A stretch of 51,203 nt of DNA. It comes from Alphaproteobacteria bacterium. GTDB lineage: Bacteria; Pseudomonadota; Alphaproteobacteria; JAAXGF01. The position numbers were made by a program, and so were the translations under genes. This document shows positions 27,510-40,265 of this stretch, one piece after another. Below the pieces are notes generated by a model that was given only the letters and a program-made list of their open reading frames with translations, ran no database searches and had not been told where the DNA came from. Each line of letters starts with the position of its first letter. Positions within the stretch are counted from its first letter, which is position 1. The stretch covers positions 1 through 51,203 of the forward strand of contig JAYGED010000178.1 of NCBI GenBank assembly GCA_046582565.1, given 5' to 3'.

Positions 27510-30107
27510 CTAAGCCGCTTCCGCCGCCACAGCCTTGCCGTTGATTTCCAGGCCATCAGCCCCGGCGCTGACCGTAACTTCGGCGCCGTCATCGATGACG
27601 CCTTCGAGGATCATGGCGGCCAGGTTGTTCTGCAGATGGCGCTGGATGATGCGCTTCAGGGGGCGCGCCCCGTAGACCGGGTCGTAGCCGGTGTTGGCCA
27701 GCCAGTCGCGGGCGGCCTCGTCGAGGCTGAGCGTGATGCCGCGATCGGCCAACAGGCCAAGCAGATTGCCGAGCTGGATTTCGACGATGCCCTTCATATG
27801 CTCGCGGCCCAGGCGGTCGAACAGGATGATCTCGTCGAGGCGGTTGAGGAATTCCGGGCGGAAGGCATCGCGCACCGCCGCCATCACCTTGTCGCGGACC
27901 GGGCCCATAAGCGAGCCCTTGGGCAGCTCGGCGAGAAACTCGGAGCCCAGGTTCGAGGTCAGCACGATCAGGGTGTTGCGGAAATCCACCGTGCGGCCGT
28001 GGCCGTCGGTCAGGCGGCCGTCGTCGAGCACTTGCAGGAGCAGGTTAAAAACATCCGAGTGGGCCTTCTCGACCTCGTCAAACAGGATCACCTGGTAGGG
28101 CCGGCGCCGCACCGCCTCGGTCAGAGCGCCGCCTTCTTCATAGCCCACATAGCCCGGCGGGGCGCCGATCAGCCGCGCCACGGAATGCTTCTCCATATAT
28201 TCCGACATATCGATGCGCAGCATGGCGTGGTCATCGTCGAACAGGAAGGCGGCCAGGGTCTTGGCGAGTTCGGTCTTGCCGACCCCGGTGGGCCCGAGGA
28301 AGAGGAACGAGCCGAGCGGCCGGTTGGGGTCCTGCAACCCGGCGCGATGGCGGCGTACGGCGTTGGACACGGCGACAATGGCCTCGTCCTGGCCGACCAC
28401 CCTCTCGCGTAAGGAGTCTTCCATATGGAGCAGCCGCTCGCGTTGGCCTTCGAGCATGCGTTCCACCGGCACCCCGGTCCAGCGCGAGACGATGGCGGCG
28501 ATATCCTCGCCGGTGACTTCCTCGCGGGCCTTGGAATCCTGGCTGCCTTCCGCGGCCCCGGCAAGCTTGTCTTCAAGATCGGGGATGATGCTGTAGGTGA
28601 TTTCCCCGGCGCGGGCAAGGTCGCCCTGGCGCTGGGCGGCGTCGAGTTCGTTACGCGCCGCATCGAGCTGTTCAGTGAGCTTTTGCGATCCGGCGACACG
28701 GTCGCGCTCAAGCTGCCAGTGCGCGCCTTCCTCGTCGGCCCGGACCTCGAGCTCGGTGAGTTCGCTCTCAAGCTTCTCGAGGCGGTCCTTGGAGGCCGCG
28801 TCGGTCTCCGTCTTCAGGGCCTCGCGCTCAATCTTGAGCTGGATCACCCGGCGGTCGAGTTCGTCCAGGGCCTCGGGCTTGGAATCGACTTCCATGCGCT
28901 TGCGGCTCGCCGCTTCGTCCATCAGGTCGATGGCCTTATCGGGCAGGAAGCGGTCGGTGATATAGCGGTGCGACAGGGTGGCCGCCGAGACGATGGCTGA
29001 ATCGGTGATCCGCACCCCGTGGTGCAGCTCGTATTTCTCTTTCAGGCCGCGCAGGATCGAGATCGCGTCCTCGACCGTGGGCTCGAGGATCATGATCGGC
29101 TGGAAGCGCCGCGCCAGAGCGGCGTCCTTCTCGATTTGCTTGCGGTATTCATCGAGGGTCGTCGCCCCGATGCAGTGCAGATCACCGCGCGCCAGGGCCG
29201 GTTTGAGCAGGTTTGATGCGTCCATGGCACCTTCAGCAGCACCCGCGCCGATCAGGGTATGCAGCTCGTCGATGAACATCAGCACCTCGCCGGCGGCGTC
29301 GGTGACCTCATTGAGCACCGCCTTGAGCCGTTCCTCGAATTCGCCGCGGAACTTGGCGCCGGCGACCAGGGCGCCGAGATCGAGCGACACCAAGCGTTTC
29401 TGCTTGAGGCTCTCGGGCACATCGCCGTTGACGATGCGCAGGGCCAGCCCTTCGGCGAGCGGCGTCTTGCCGACGCCGGGTTCGCCGATCAGCACCGGGT
29501 TGTTCTTGGTGCGCCGCGACAGCACCTGAATGACCCGGCGGATTTCCTCGTCCCGGCCGATCACCGGATCGAGCCGGCCGTCGCGGGCCAGGGCGGTAAG
29601 GTCGCGGGTGTATTTCTTGAGCGCTTCGTACTGGTTCTCGGCGGTCGCTGTATCGGCGCTGCGGCCTTTGCGCAGATCATTGATCGCTGCGTTCAAGGTC
29701 TCGGGCTTGAGCCCGGCGTCGCCGAGGATACGCGCGGTCTCAGTGCCGGCGCCGAGGGTCAGGGCGAGCAGCAGGCGCTCGACGGTAACGAAGCCGTCTC
29801 CGGCCTTGTTGGCAATTTCCACGGCGCTCTCGAACAAGCGTGCCGTCTCGGGCGCCAGATAGACCTGCCCGGCGCCGGGGCCTTCGACCTTGGGCTGTTT
29901 TTCAAGCTCGGCAATGACCGCGACGATGGCGTCCTCGGGGCGGGCGCCGGCGGCGGACATCAGGTTGGCGGCCAGGCCCTCATTGTCGTCGAGCAGGATT
30001 TTCAGCACATGCTCGGGCATGAAGCGCTGATGGCCGCTGCCTATGGCGAGTGCTTGGGCGGATTGAATCACGCCCTGGGATCGTTCGGTAAATTTCTCAA
30101 TATTCAT
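27510..30107 (-). CDS. clpB: Chaperone ClpB
   Basis: Two AAA+ modules ([16 protein letters not shown]) and middle coiled-coil domain; 865 aa. Confidence 0.97.
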   Translation of the reverse strand: MNIEKFTERSQGVIQSAQALAIGSGHQRFMPEHVLKILLDDNEGLAANLMSAAGARPEDAIVAVIAELEKQPKVEGPGAGQVYLAPETARLFESAVEIANKAGDGFVTVERLLLALTLGAGTETARILGDAGLKPETLNAAINDLRKGRSADTATAENQYEALKKYTRDLTALARDGRLDPVIGRDEEIRRVIQVLSRRTKNNPVLIGEPGVGKTPLAEGLALRIVNGDVPESLKQKRLVSLDLGALVAGAKFRGEFEERLKAVLNEVTDAAGEVLMFIDELHTLIGAGAAEGAMDASNLLKPALARGDLHCIGATTLDEYRKQIEKDAALARRFQPIMILEPTVEDAISILRGLKEKYELHHGVRITDSAIVSAATLSHRYITDRFLPDKAIDLMDEAASRKRMEVDSKPEALDELDRRVIQLKIEREALKTETDAASKDRLEKLESELTELEVRADEEGAHWQLERDRVAGSQKLTEQLDAARNELDAAQRQGDLARAGEITYSIIPDLEDKLAGAAEGSQDSKAREEVTGEDIAAIVSRWTGVPVERMLEGQRERLLHMEDSLRERVVGQDEAIVAVSNAVRRHRAGLQDPNRPLGSFLFLGPTGVGKTELAKTLAAFLFDDDHAMLRIDMSEYMEKHSVARLIGAPPGYVGYEEGGALTEAVRRRPYQVILFDEVEKAHSDVFNLLLQVLDDGRLTDGHGRTVDFRNTLIVLTSNLGSEFLAELPKGSLMGPVRDKVMAAVRDAFRPEFLNRLDEIILFDRLGREHMKGIVEIQLGNLLGLLADRGITLSLDEAARDWLANTGYDPVYGARPLKRIIQRHLQNNLAAMILEGVIDDGAEVTVSAGADGLEINGKAVAAEAA

Positions 30108-30182
30108 CGTTACACCATAACCCTCTCATGAGCGGTCAAACGTATCGTGCGCCGATCCTCGAATGAGCAATCAGCACCTGGG

Positions 30183-30213
30183 ATATATGGTGATCGGCAA
30201 CGGGAGACGCAAG
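30183..30213 (-). promoter_or_regulatory. Putative RpoH (sigma32) promoter of clpB
   Basis: Minus strand CTTGCG-N17-CCATAT(AT), about 80 nt upstream of the clpB ATG. Confidence 0.5.
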
Positions 30214-30231
30214 ACGCCTCAAAAACAGGCC

Positions 30232-30792
30232 TTATTCGATGGCTGGTTGGGGCTCCTTGGCCATATCCGGTTGCGCCGTCTCGACGGTCGCTTCCTTCTC
30301 GGCGTCGGCAGTCTCTGTCTCGGCGGGCTCGGTTGCGGCAGTCTCAGTGATGCTGACGACCGTTTTCGACTGGTCCGCCTTAACTGTCTGCTGCGACTGC
30401 GACTGCGACTGCGACTGCTGTGGCTGTTGCTGCTGTTCCGACGATTGTTGCTGCTGCTGTTGCTGCTCCTGCTGCTCCTGCTGCTCCTGCTGCTCCTGCT
30501 GGGGCTGCTGCTGTTGCCGTTGCTGCTGACCACCGCCGCCTTCACTGTTGGCCAGACGGTAATAATGCTCGGCATGCTGGGCGTAGTTTTCTTCCATCAC
30601 CCGATCGCCGGCCGTATTGGCGTCACGCGCCAGAGCCGAATATTTTTCGAAAATCTGGTGCGGGTTGCCCCGTATTTTCATACCCGGTCCGTGGCTGTCC
30701 AGGGTTTGTCTGCCGCCACCACCGCCACCGCCACCGCGTCGTTGATTATTGCGGTTATTGCGCGGCCGCTTGGAATTCATGTTCGGTCTCAT
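30232..30792 (-). CDS. DUF4167 protein with Gln/Glu-rich low-complexity tail
   Basis: DSHGP..KIRG...QIFEKY..LARDA...GDRV..ENY.QHAEHYYR; usual position downstream of prmC. Confidence 0.9.
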   Translation of the reverse strand: MRPNMNSKRPRNNRNNQRRGGGGGGGGRQTLDSHGPGMKIRGNPHQIFEKYSALARDANTAGDRVMEENYAQHAEHYYRLANSEGGGGQQQRQQQQPQQEQQEQQEQQEQQQQQQQSSEQQQQPQQSQSQSQSQQTVKADQSKTVVSITETAATEPAETETADAEKEATVETAQPDMAKEPQPAIE

Positions 30793-31003
30793 GACTGAAT
30801 CATTTTTATGTTCACGCGCGCGGTTTGAAAGTCCCGCGCGGCTCCAATATCGTTGTTCGGGTTGGAGGGAACCGGCGCCTCAGCCTATGCTACGGAAACA
30901 GGGTAATGTTGTACCCTGAGCCCTTGAGCTAATGCTCCCTACCAAGGGATTATTTAATCAAGTCTTGCGCGTATTCCAAGCGTTTTCTCGCATGGTCGAC
31001 AAA

Positions 31004-31842
31004 TTAGCGCTGTAGCAGGAGGCAGCGTTCGACCCCCGCCAGGTCCTGTCGCCGGCCTTTTTCGGCCAGTCCCTGGGCGCTCATGACCGCCGCCACCGCG
31101 TCTGCCTGCCCCGCGCCGACCTCGATCACCGCCAATCCACCGGGCGCAAGCAGGCGGGCAATATCCGGTGCCAGGGCGCGATAGCAGGCCATGCCGTCCG
31201 GCCCGCCGGCCAGGGCGGAGGCGGGCTCAAAGCGGGTAATCTCAGGCGCCAGGCCGGCCATTTCGCCGTCTTCGATATAGGGCGGGTTTGCGACGATCAG
31301 GTCGTGGCTTCCGGCCACAGCCCGCCCCCAATCGCCGCACAGGAAACGCGCGCGCTCGCCCAGGCCGAGCCGGGCGGCGTTGCCGTGCGCCACGGCGAGG
31401 GCTTCCGGGCTGATATCGACGCCGAGGCCACAAGCGCCGGGCAGTTCGCTCAACAGTGCGAGCAGAAGACAGCCGCTGCCGGTGCCGAAATCGAGTAGGC
31501 GATGGGGCGCGTCGCAGTCAGACATGCCGTCGAGCGCCACTTCGATAAGGGTCTCGCTATCGGGGCGGGGGATCAGAGTGGCGCCGTTGACTGTAAAGTC
31601 GAGGCTCCAGAATTCCCGCTGCCCAAGGATATAGGCTGCCGGCTCGCGCGCGGCGCGGCGGTTGATCAAGGCCTCGAAATGCTGGCGCTGGCCGTTTTCC
31701 AGGGCCCGCTCGGGCGCGCCGATCAGGCCTTCGAGCCCGACGCCCAGGGCGGCGCCGAGCAGAAGCCGGGCTTCGCTGCGAGGGTCTTCCAGGCCGGCGT
31801 CGGCAAGGGTTTGCGCCCCCTGAGCTAGAGCTTTGCTACGAC

Positions 31843-31846
<4 letters not shown>
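31004..31846 (-). CDS. prmC: Release factor glutamine methyltransferase
   Basis: [19 protein letters not shown]. Confidence 0.96.
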
Positions 31847-32915
<1,069 letters not shown>

Positions 32916-32919
<4 letters not shown>

Positions 32920-34085
32920 TGACTGGTCTCCCCGTCGTTCTGAAACAGCTGGCGAATGAGGCGTTCGGCCTCTTCCTGGTCACCGCCGGTCTCGGCCAGG
33001 ATGTCTCTTCGTAGGGCGTCGATGCGCTGGCGCAGGGCATCGGCATCGGGCGCCTGGGCGCGGCCTGCACGATCCTCATGATAGGCGGCGAGGGTTTCGT
33101 CGACGATGCGCCAGGCCTCTTCGGCGGCGGCTTCGCGATGGGCGATCCCGGCGCGGGCGACGCCTTCCAGATCGTCGTTATCATAGAGGAAAGCGTCGTC
33201 GAGGTCTTCGATGGCTGGATCCGCATCGCCCGGCACCGCCAGATCGATGACGAATATCGGCTTTCTCCGCCGGGCCTTGAGGGCCGCCTCCAGGGCATCG
33301 GCTGTCAGCGTATAGCTGCCCAACCCGGCGCAGGTCACGACAACATCGGCGCCGGCGAGGGCATGATCGAGGGTCTCGAATTCGATCACATTGGCGTCGA
33401 GCGCGCGCGCCAGAGGGGCGACCCGCCGCGCTGTGCGATGGGTGACGGCGAGCCGCCCGAGACCGCCGTCAGTCAGGCGTCGGGCGACCATCTCGCCCAT
33501 CTCGCCAAGGCCGATGAGTAGGCCCGAGCAGGACCCCAGGTCGCCGTGGATACCCCGCGTCACATCGAGCGCGGCGGCGGCGATGGAGACCGGCCGCTCG
33601 CCGATTTTGGTGGTTGAGCGAACCCGTTTCGCAGCGCTGTAGGCGGCGTCGAGCAGACGATCGAAGTCACTGCCGATCATGCCTGCCGCCTGGGCGACGC
33701 GATGGGCGGTCTTGACCTGGCCGAGTACGTTGGGCTCGCCGATTACCAGACTGTCGAGCGAGGCAGCGATAGCGAACAGGTGGCGCGCCGCCTCGGCGCC
33801 TTGCAGGGTGTAGAAACCGGCCGCCAGTTCGCTCGGATCGATGCTGGCATTGTCGGCGAGGATAGTGGTGATTGCCGTTGCGGCGGCGGCGGCGTCCTGA
33901 TGGATTGTCTGAATTTCAACCCGGTCGCAGGTCGATAGCAAGAGAGCTTGCGTCACGCCGGCGTGCCTGAGGCGGTTGAACAGCGCGCCGACGTCTTCTT
34001 CCTCGACCATCAAATTTTCGCGCAGGGAAAGCGGCGCCGATTTGTGATTGGCGCCGACCACAACCAATGCCGGCCAATGCTCCAT
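32916..34085 (-). CDS. hemA: Glutamyl-tRNA reductase
   Basis: G.NHKSAP..LRE, STCDRVE, SLDS..IGE...LGQVK, G.GEMG, DLAVP.D. Confidence 0.9.
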
Positions 34086-34092
34086 GGCGGCG

Positions 34093-35337
34093 CTAACGCT
34101 GCTTAGCGAGCCGGTCGTTCAGCTCTGGGAGAGGCACGCTCTCCTGCTCGCCCGTATCAAGATTCCGCAGTGTAACCACACCAGCGCGTCGTTCGTCTTC
34201 GCCGAGAATGACGGCGGCGCGAGCCCCCAGCTTGTTGGCCCGCTTCATGCGTTTGCCCACATTCCCGCGATAGCCGAGATCAACCGCAAAGCCGGCCTGG
34301 CGCAAGGTATGGGTCAGCACCAAGGCTTCGTTCATCGCCTCGGCGTCGGTCGGTATCATGGCGATCAACCGCACCTCGGCGGGCGGCTCGGCGATCAGCA
34401 TGGCCAATCGCTCGATGCCCGAGGCCCAGCCGATACCCGGCGTCGGCGGCCCGCCCATGGTCTCGATCAGGCCGTCATAGCGCCCCCCGGCGATCACCGC
34501 GCCCTGGGCGCCGAGCGCCTGGGTGGTGAATTCGAAGGCGGTGTGGGTGTAATAGTCGAGCCCGCGCACCAGCCGGCTGTTCAGGGTATAGGCGATCTCC
34601 AGGCGATCGAGGCCGTCCTGGACGGCGGCGAAGAAATCGGCCGATTCAGCATTCAGATAATCGCCCATTTCCGGTGCGCACGTGACGATACGCCGGTCGC
34701 CTTCGTCCTTGGAATCGAGAATGCGCAGGGGGTTGCGATCGAGGCGCAGCAGGCTGTCTTCGGACAGCTTGTCCTTATGGCCGCTGAAATACTCGACCAG
34801 GGCCGCCCGGTAGGCGGTGCGGCTCTCTTTATCGCCCAGGCTGTTGAGCTCCAGGGTGGTGTCGCCGGCAACGCCGAGTTCCTTGAGCAGCTGATCGCCG
34901 AGGGCGATGACCTCGATATCGGCCAGGGGTTCGGCGACGCCGAGGATTTCTGCGTCCAACTGATGGAATTGCCGCTGCCGGCCCTTTTGCGGCCGCTCGT
35001 AGCGAAACATCGGCCCCGAGGCGAAGAACTTGAGCGGCAGGTTCTGGCTCAGGCCGCCGGAAATGAAGGCGCGGGCGATGCCGGCGGTGTATTCCGGGCG
35101 CAGGGTGATCTCTTCGCCGCCCCTATCGGTGAAGCTGTACATCTCCTTGGTGACCACGTCGGAGGTCTCACCCAGGGTGCGCTTGAAGACTTCTGAGAAT
35201 TCGAAGATCGGCGTGGCGATCTCGCCGAAGCCGAAGCGCAGGGCGAGGTCGCGGAAGGTCTCGATGACAAGGCGGTGGCGCGCGACGTCCTCGGACAACA
35301 GGTCATGGGTGCCGCGAACGGGCTGCAGTTTTGCCAA
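34093..35337 (-). CDS. hisS: Histidyl-tRNA synthetase
   Basis: LRPEYTA, FRYERPQKGR, LVRGLDYY, GGRYD. Confidence 0.98.
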   Translation of the reverse strand: MAKLQPVRGTHDLLSEDVARHRLVIETFRDLALRFGFGEIATPIFEFSEVFKRTLGETSDVVTKEMYSFTDRGGEEITLRPEYTAGIARAFISGGLSQNLPLKFFASGPMFRYERPQKGRQRQFHQLDAEILGVAEPLADIEVIALGDQLLKELGVAGDTTLELNSLGDKESRTAYRAALVEYFSGHKDKLSEDSLLRLDRNPLRILDSKDEGDRRIVTCAPEMGDYLNAESADFFAAVQDGLDRLEIAYTLNSRLVRGLDYYTHTAFEFTTQALGAQGAVIAGGRYDGLIETMGGPPTPGIGWASGIERLAMLIAEPPAEVRLIAMIPTDAEAMNEALVLTHTLRQAGFAVDLGYRGNVGKRMKRANKLGARAAVILGEDERRAGVVTLRNLDTGEQESVPLPELNDRLAKQR

Positions 35338-35352
35338 GGGTCTACTTCCGCT

Positions 35353-36495
35353 TTAAGCGGCGGACGCCGTCTTGCCGGCGGCCTTTTTCTCGTCGGTTTT
35401 CCGGGCTTCGATTTCGGCCGCCTTGGCCTCGACCAGTTCAACGAGATGATCGACCAGCCCCGCGTCTTCGATCTTGTGATCGGAGACGCCGCTGAGATAG
35501 ACCAGATGGCTGCCCTTGCCGCCGCCGGTCAGGCCGATGTCGGTTTCGCGCGCCTCGCCGGGGCCGTTGACCACGCAGCCGATGATCGAGAGGGTGAGAG
35601 GCGTCGAGATATGGGCGAGACGACGCTCGATGACCTCGACGGTCTTGATCACCTCGAACTGTTGGCGGGCGCAGGACGGGCAGGATATGACAGTGACCCC
35701 CCGGTGACGCAAATTCAGGGATTTAAGCATCTCAAAGCCGGCCTTGATCTCTTCCACCGGATCGGCCGAGAGCGAAACGCGCAGGGTGTCGCCGATGCCC
35801 GACCAGAGCAGCATGCCGAGTCCGATGGAGGATTTTACCGTGCCCGAGGTCAGGCCGCCGGCCTCGGTGATGCCGATATGCAGGGGATAGTCGCAGGCCT
35901 CGGCCAGGCCCTGATAGGCGGCGACGGAGAGGAACACGTCGGACGCCTTGACGCTGATCTTGAAATTACGGAAATTATTGTCTTCGAGGATGTGGGCGTG
36001 GTTCAGGGCGCTCTCGACCATGGCTTCAGGGCAAGGCTCGCCGTATTTTTCCAGCAAGTCACGCTCCAGGGAGCCGGCATTGACGCCGATGCGCATGGAG
36101 CAGCCATGGTCCCTGGCCGCCGCCACCACCTCGCGTACGCGCTCCGCCTTGCCGATGTTGCCGGGATTGATGCGCAGGCAGGCGGCGCCCGCCTCGGCGG
36201 CCTCGATGGCGCGCTTATAGTGGAAATGAATGTCGGCGACGATGGGCACGGTTATCTCGGCGATAATATCCTTGAGCGCCGCCGTCGACGCCTGATCGGG
36301 GCAGGAAACCCGCACAATATCGGCGCCCGCCGCCTCCAGGTCATGAATTTGCGCCACCGTGGCCGCCACATCGCTGGTCAGGCTGTTGGTCATGGATTGC
36401 ACGGTAATCGGCGCGCCGTCACCGACCGGCACGCCGCCGACATTAACCCGCAACGATTTGCGGCGGTCGATATCGCGATAGGGGCGAACGCTCAT
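35353..36495 (-). CDS. ispG: HMBPP synthase
   Basis: VQSMT, ADIHF, RINPGN, CPSC, GC.VNGPGE. Confidence 0.98.
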   Translation of the reverse strand: MSVRPYRDIDRRKSLRVNVGGVPVGDGAPITVQSMTNSLTSDVAATVAQIHDLEAAGADIVRVSCPDQASTAALKDIIAEITVPIVADIHFHYKRAIEAAEAGAACLRINPGNIGKAERVREVVAAARDHGCSMRIGVNAGSLERDLLEKYGEPCPEAMVESALNHAHILEDNNFRNFKISVKASDVFLSVAAYQGLAEACDYPLHIGITEAGGLTSGTVKSSIGLGMLLWSGIGDTLRVSLSADPVEEIKAGFEMLKSLNLRHRGVTVISCPSCARQQFEVIKTVEVIERRLAHISTPLTLSIIGCVVNGPGEARETDIGLTGGGKGSHLVYLSGVSDHKIEDAGLVDHLVELVEAKAAEIEARKTDEKKAAGKTASAA

Positions 36496-36578
36496 GATGA
36501 GGCCCTGAAGAGGTGGTTAAGTCGAACTCGATTTTTCATGCAACTGATAACGTAGAGCGCGGGCGGCTGTAAAGCCAA

Positions 36579-36718
36579 CTAGAGCATCATCCGCCAGATT
36601 GAATCGCCTTAGAAATTTAATCTGGCGGGTAAAGATGCTCTAGCTCGTTAAAACCTAGAGCAATTTTACCCGAAGATAATAAACCAGATAGGTTTATTAT
36701 CTTCGGGTATTGCTCTAG
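36579..36718. repeat. RIME/BruRS-like double-palindrome intergenic element
   Basis: Two long inverted repeats, each bounded by CTAGAGC...GCTCTAG (36579-36643 and 36655-36718). The terminal CTAG supplies the rodZ stop. Confidence 0.85.
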
Positions 36719-38028
36719 GGATTGTTGATGCTCCCGGCAAGCAGCTTTTCGGGATCGAGCAAGACCTGACGGCGCACCTTGCCGATTTCTCCCAGGGACG
36801 GCGTCACCACACCGCCGACCAGAATTTCAATGCCCCCCGCGTTGCCGGTCATCAACTTCAGGCCGATGCGGTTGGGAACATGGTAGATATCGCCCGCCCG
36901 CAGGATGCGAGTCAGCAGCAGTTCGTTGTTAAGGCCGGTGACCTGGACCCAGCTTTCTTCGCGGGCGCGCAAGGTGATTATCGAGCCGATATTGGCCTGA
37001 CCAAACTCCCGGGGAAGATAATCACTCGAGACGATCATCGGCGCTGGAATAACCGGCTGTAACGATGCGGTTTCAAGCGGGGCGGCCTCAAGCGTTTCGG
37101 CGGGCGTTGGTTCGGGCTCGATTTCGGTTGGCGGGGTTTCGACGAACGGCTCTGATATAAGCGCTGCTTCAGCCACCGGCTCGGGCTGGGTCTCGGTTAT
37201 CGTTTCCAGCGGCTCCAGGGTTTCCGGCATAGCAGCGGGCTCAACAACCGATTCGGGCGCGGGCTCGGTTTCATCCACGAGATTTTGGTCCCCGGAATTT
37301 TGGTCTATCGCCGATGCCAAGATTGCATCGAAGGACTCCTCGGATAGAACAACCGGGATCGCGGCGGCAGCGGTTACGGGTGCGTCGGCCTGGTCCGCCG
37401 GTATCATCGGCGCGGCTTCGGCCTCGGCCACTATGGGTCCCGGTGTGGGCTCCGCTGCGGGTTCCGGCTCCGGTTCGCTTTGAACGGGCTCGGCGGACAG
37501 GGTGGGTTCTGCTTCTGGCAACACAACCGGGTCCACCGCCGCTGCCGGCTCCGGCGCGAGGGCGGCCACCATTCTCTCAGGCACTTCGGGGACCTGCTCG
37601 ATGGCGACGTCGTCGCGATTGACCATATAATACCAACCCCCGTAGGCGCTGACGGTGAGAACCATGGCCAACATGATGAGAGCGCCCGTCGGCACTCCGC
37701 CTTCGTCGTAGGGCTCCAGGATGTTGAGATCCTGGCGGGGCTCGAATTCCGTCGTCTCGGCCTTGAAGCGCTGCACCAGGAGATTGGCGTCGAGACCGAG
37801 ATAGCCCGCGTAGCTGCGCAGGAAGCCGATGACATAGGTCGGGCCGGGCAGATCGGAAAACCGGCATTCCTCGATAGCCAGCAGATAATCGTATTGAATT
37901 CGCAGTTCAGTCGCTACGGCGTGCAGATCAACGCCACGCTCCAGACGGGCGGCATAGAGCTCAGCGGCAACATCGCCGGGCAGGAGCACACCGTCGCTAC
38001 TTATTTCACGCAGATGAATTGGCGCCAT
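36715..38028 (-). CDS. rodZ: RodZ-like protein (HTH, transmembrane segment, DUF4115)
   Basis: L.A.E......LP...Y..GF.RSYA..LGL, TM segment, C-terminal SWVQV and GNAGG; upstream of ispG. Confidence 0.88.
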   Translation of the reverse strand: MAPIHLREISSDGVLLPGDVAAELYAARLERGVDLHAVATELRIQYDYLLAIEECRFSDLPGPTYVIGFLRSYAGYLGLDANLLVQRFKAETTEFEPRQDLNILEPYDEGGVPTGALIMLAMVLTVSAYGGWYYMVNRDDVAIEQVPEVPERMVAALAPEPAAAVDPVVLPEAEPTLSAEPVQSEPEPEPAAEPTPGPIVAEAEAAPMIPADQADAPVTAAAAIPVVLSEESFDAILASAIDQNSGDQNLVDETEPAPESVVEPAAMPETLEPLETITETQPEPVAEAALISEPFVETPPTEIEPEPTPAETLEAAPLETASLQPVIPAPMIVSSDYLPREFGQANIGSIITLRAREESWVQVTGLNNELLLTRILRAGDIYHVPNRIGLKLMTGNAGGIEILVGGVVTPSLGEIGKVRRQVLLDPEKLLAGSINNP

Positions 38029-38194
38029 CTCAAAATCCCCGGCCCGGTTCAGTCATCATTTTAACGTTGCGGGCCGCTCATCACATTTAATCAAAGTATT
38101 CATTATGCATTGCTCACATTAAACAAGACTAACACGCCTGGAGGGGCTGGGTAAACCATGGAACGAGCTAGAGAAATTGCTGCCCTACACAATA

Positions 38195-39415
38195 TCATTC
38201 AGCATCCAGACCATAGGCGCTGTGCAGGGCGCGCAAGGCAAGTTCGAGATAGTCTTCGGCGATCAGGATGCTGATCTTGATTTCGGAAGTCGAAATGACC
38301 TGGATATTGATGCCCTTGTCGGCCAGGGTCTGGAACATCATAGTCGCCACCCCGGCGTGACTGCGCATGCCGACGCCGATCACCGAGACCTTGACGACAG
38401 TGCCGTCTGACGTCAGCGACTTATAATCGAAACCCCGCCCGCCGTCTTCGAGCAGCGCCACCGTGCGCGCGAGATCGGCGGTGGTGACCGTGAAGGTCAG
38501 GTCGGTCAGGGATCCGTCGGCGGAGACATTCTGCACAATCATGTCGACATTGACATTGGCGTCGGCCAGGGGCCCGAAGATGGCGGCGGCGACGCCGGGT
38601 TTATCCTGCACGCCGACCAGGGTGATCTTGGCCTCGTCGCGGCTATAGGCGATGCCGCTTACCATTTGCTCTTCCACGATTTCATCCTCATCTACGACCA
38701 GGGTTCCGGGGGAATGGGTGAAACTCGACAGGACCTGGAGGCGAACCCGATGGCGCATGGCCAGCGCTACGGCGCGGGTTTGCAGGACCTTGGCACCCTG
38801 GGACGCCATTTCGAGCATTTCTTCATAGGTGATCAAATCGAGCTTGTGGGCCGCCGAGACGATGCGCGGATCGGCGGTATAGACGCCATCGACATCGGTG
38901 CAGATATCACAGCGTTCCGCGCCCAATGCCGCGGCCAGTGCGACAGCGGAGGTGTCCGATCCGCCGCGCCCCAGGGTGGTTATCCGGCCCTCGGGGCTGA
39001 GGCCCTGATAGCCGGTGATCACGGCGACCTGGCCGGCCTCGAGGCGGTTCTCGATCTCCGCGGTGTCGATGGACAGGATCCGCGCAGCGCCATGGGTGCC
39101 GTCGGTGCTCAGGGGAAGCTGCCAGCCGTGCCAGGAGCGCGCCGAGACGCCGATATTCTGCAAGGCCAGGGCGAGCAACCCGCTGGTCACCTGTTCGCCG
39201 GTGGCGACCACGGCGTCATATTCGCGGGCATCATGCAACGGCGCCGTCTCATTGACCCAGCCGACCAGTCGGTCGGTCACCCCGGCCATGGCCGAGACCA
39301 CCACGGCGACCTGATTGCCGTCGTCGACCGCCGCCTTAACGCGCAGCGCAACGGCTTTGATGCGCTCAATATCGCCAACCGACGTGCCGCCGTATTTTTG
39401 AACCAGCCGGGCCAT
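38195..39415 (-). CDS. lysC: Aspartate kinase
   Basis: VQKYGGTSV, GRGGSD, DVDGVYTADPR, two ACT domains. Confidence 0.97.
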   Translation of the reverse strand: MARLVQKYGGTSVGDIERIKAVALRVKAAVDDGNQVAVVVSAMAGVTDRLVGWVNETAPLHDAREYDAVVATGEQVTSGLLALALQNIGVSARSWHGWQLPLSTDGTHGAARILSIDTAEIENRLEAGQVAVITGYQGLSPEGRITTLGRGGSDTSAVALAAALGAERCDICTDVDGVYTADPRIVSAAHKLDLITYEEMLEMASQGAKVLQTRAVALAMRHRVRLQVLSSFTHSPGTLVVDEDEIVEEQMVSGIAYSRDEAKITLVGVQDKPGVAAAIFGPLADANVNVDMIVQNVSADGSLTDLTFTVTTADLARTVALLEDGGRGFDYKSLTSDGTVVKVSVIGVGMRSHAGVATMMFQTLADKGINIQVISTSEIKISILIAEDYLELALRALHSAYGLDAE

Positions 39416-39506
39416 ATGTTAGATTCTATCCACTAGTGCATGCTGTTTAGGGCGCGTATACATACTGGGGTGACGATCCGGTTTCAACCCCGACTTATGG
39501 GTAATT

Positions 39507-40256
39507 ATGAGCAATACAGCCGCCGCATCGATCGACGCCGACGAAGTCGAGCGGTTTAATCTGCTCGCCGATGAATGGTGGGACCCCCAGGGCGGGCTCA
39601 AAGCGCTACACCAAATCAACCCGGTCCGTATCGCCTATATCCGCGATCATCTCGCGCGCCATTTCGATCGCGATGCGCTCGGCGATCGGCCCTTCGCCGG
39701 GCTCCGCCTGCTTGATATCGGCTGTGGCGGCGGCTTGCTGTGCGAGCCCCTGGCGCGGCTCGGCGCCGAGGTGGTGGGCGTCGATGCGGCCCGGGCTAGC
39801 ATCGAGGTGGCGGCGCGCCATGCCGCCGACGGCGATCTCAAAATCGATTATCGCCACGGCGACGCCGAGTCTCTGGCCGCCGCCGGCGCGCGCTACGATG
39901 GGGTGCTCTGCATGGAGGTGATCGAGCATGTCGCCGATCTCGATGTCTTCTTCGCCGCGGCCTGCGCCCTGGTGCGGCCCGGCGGCCTGATTGTCGTAGC
40001 CACCCTGAACCGAACGCCTCAGGCTTTCGCCCTGGCCATCGTCGGCGCCGAATATCTCCTGCGCTGGCTCAAGCCCGGCACTCACGACTGGCGCAAATTC
40101 GTGCGCCCGGCCGAAATGGCCCGCCAGTTTCGCTCTCGCGGCATCGCCGTCATCGCCACGGACGGCGTGCGCTACCACCCGCTCGATGACGAATGGAGCT
40201 TATCGCGCGACCTCTCGGTCAACTATATGGCTGTGGGGGTGAAGGAAGGGCTCTGA
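39507..40256 (+). CDS. ubiG: Ubiquinone biosynthesis O-methyltransferase
   Basis: WWD..G...LH..NP.R, DIGCGGG, EVIEH, GTHDW.KF. Confidence 0.96.
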   Translation: MSNTAAASIDADEVERFNLLADEWWDPQGGLKALHQINPVRIAYIRDHLARHFDRDALGDRPFAGLRLLDIGCGGGLLCEPLARLGAEVVGVDAARASIEVAARHAADGDLKIDYRHGDAESLAAAGARYDGVLCMEVIEHVADLDVFFAAACALVRPGGLIVVATLNRTPQAFALAIVGAEYLLRWLKPGTHDWRKFVRPAEMARQFRSRGIAVIATDGVRYHPLDDEWSLSRDLSVNYMAVGVKEGL

Positions 40257-40265
40257 ATCGGGCTG

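Noticed and set aside
30385-30545. CRISPR array
   Set aside because: Repeats are short coding microsatellites with no spacers; no cas genes or regularly spaced repeats anywhere in the window.
38060-38135. Possible CtrA boxes upstream of rodZ
   Set aside because: TTAA half-sites are present but none fits TTAA-N7-TTAA spacing.
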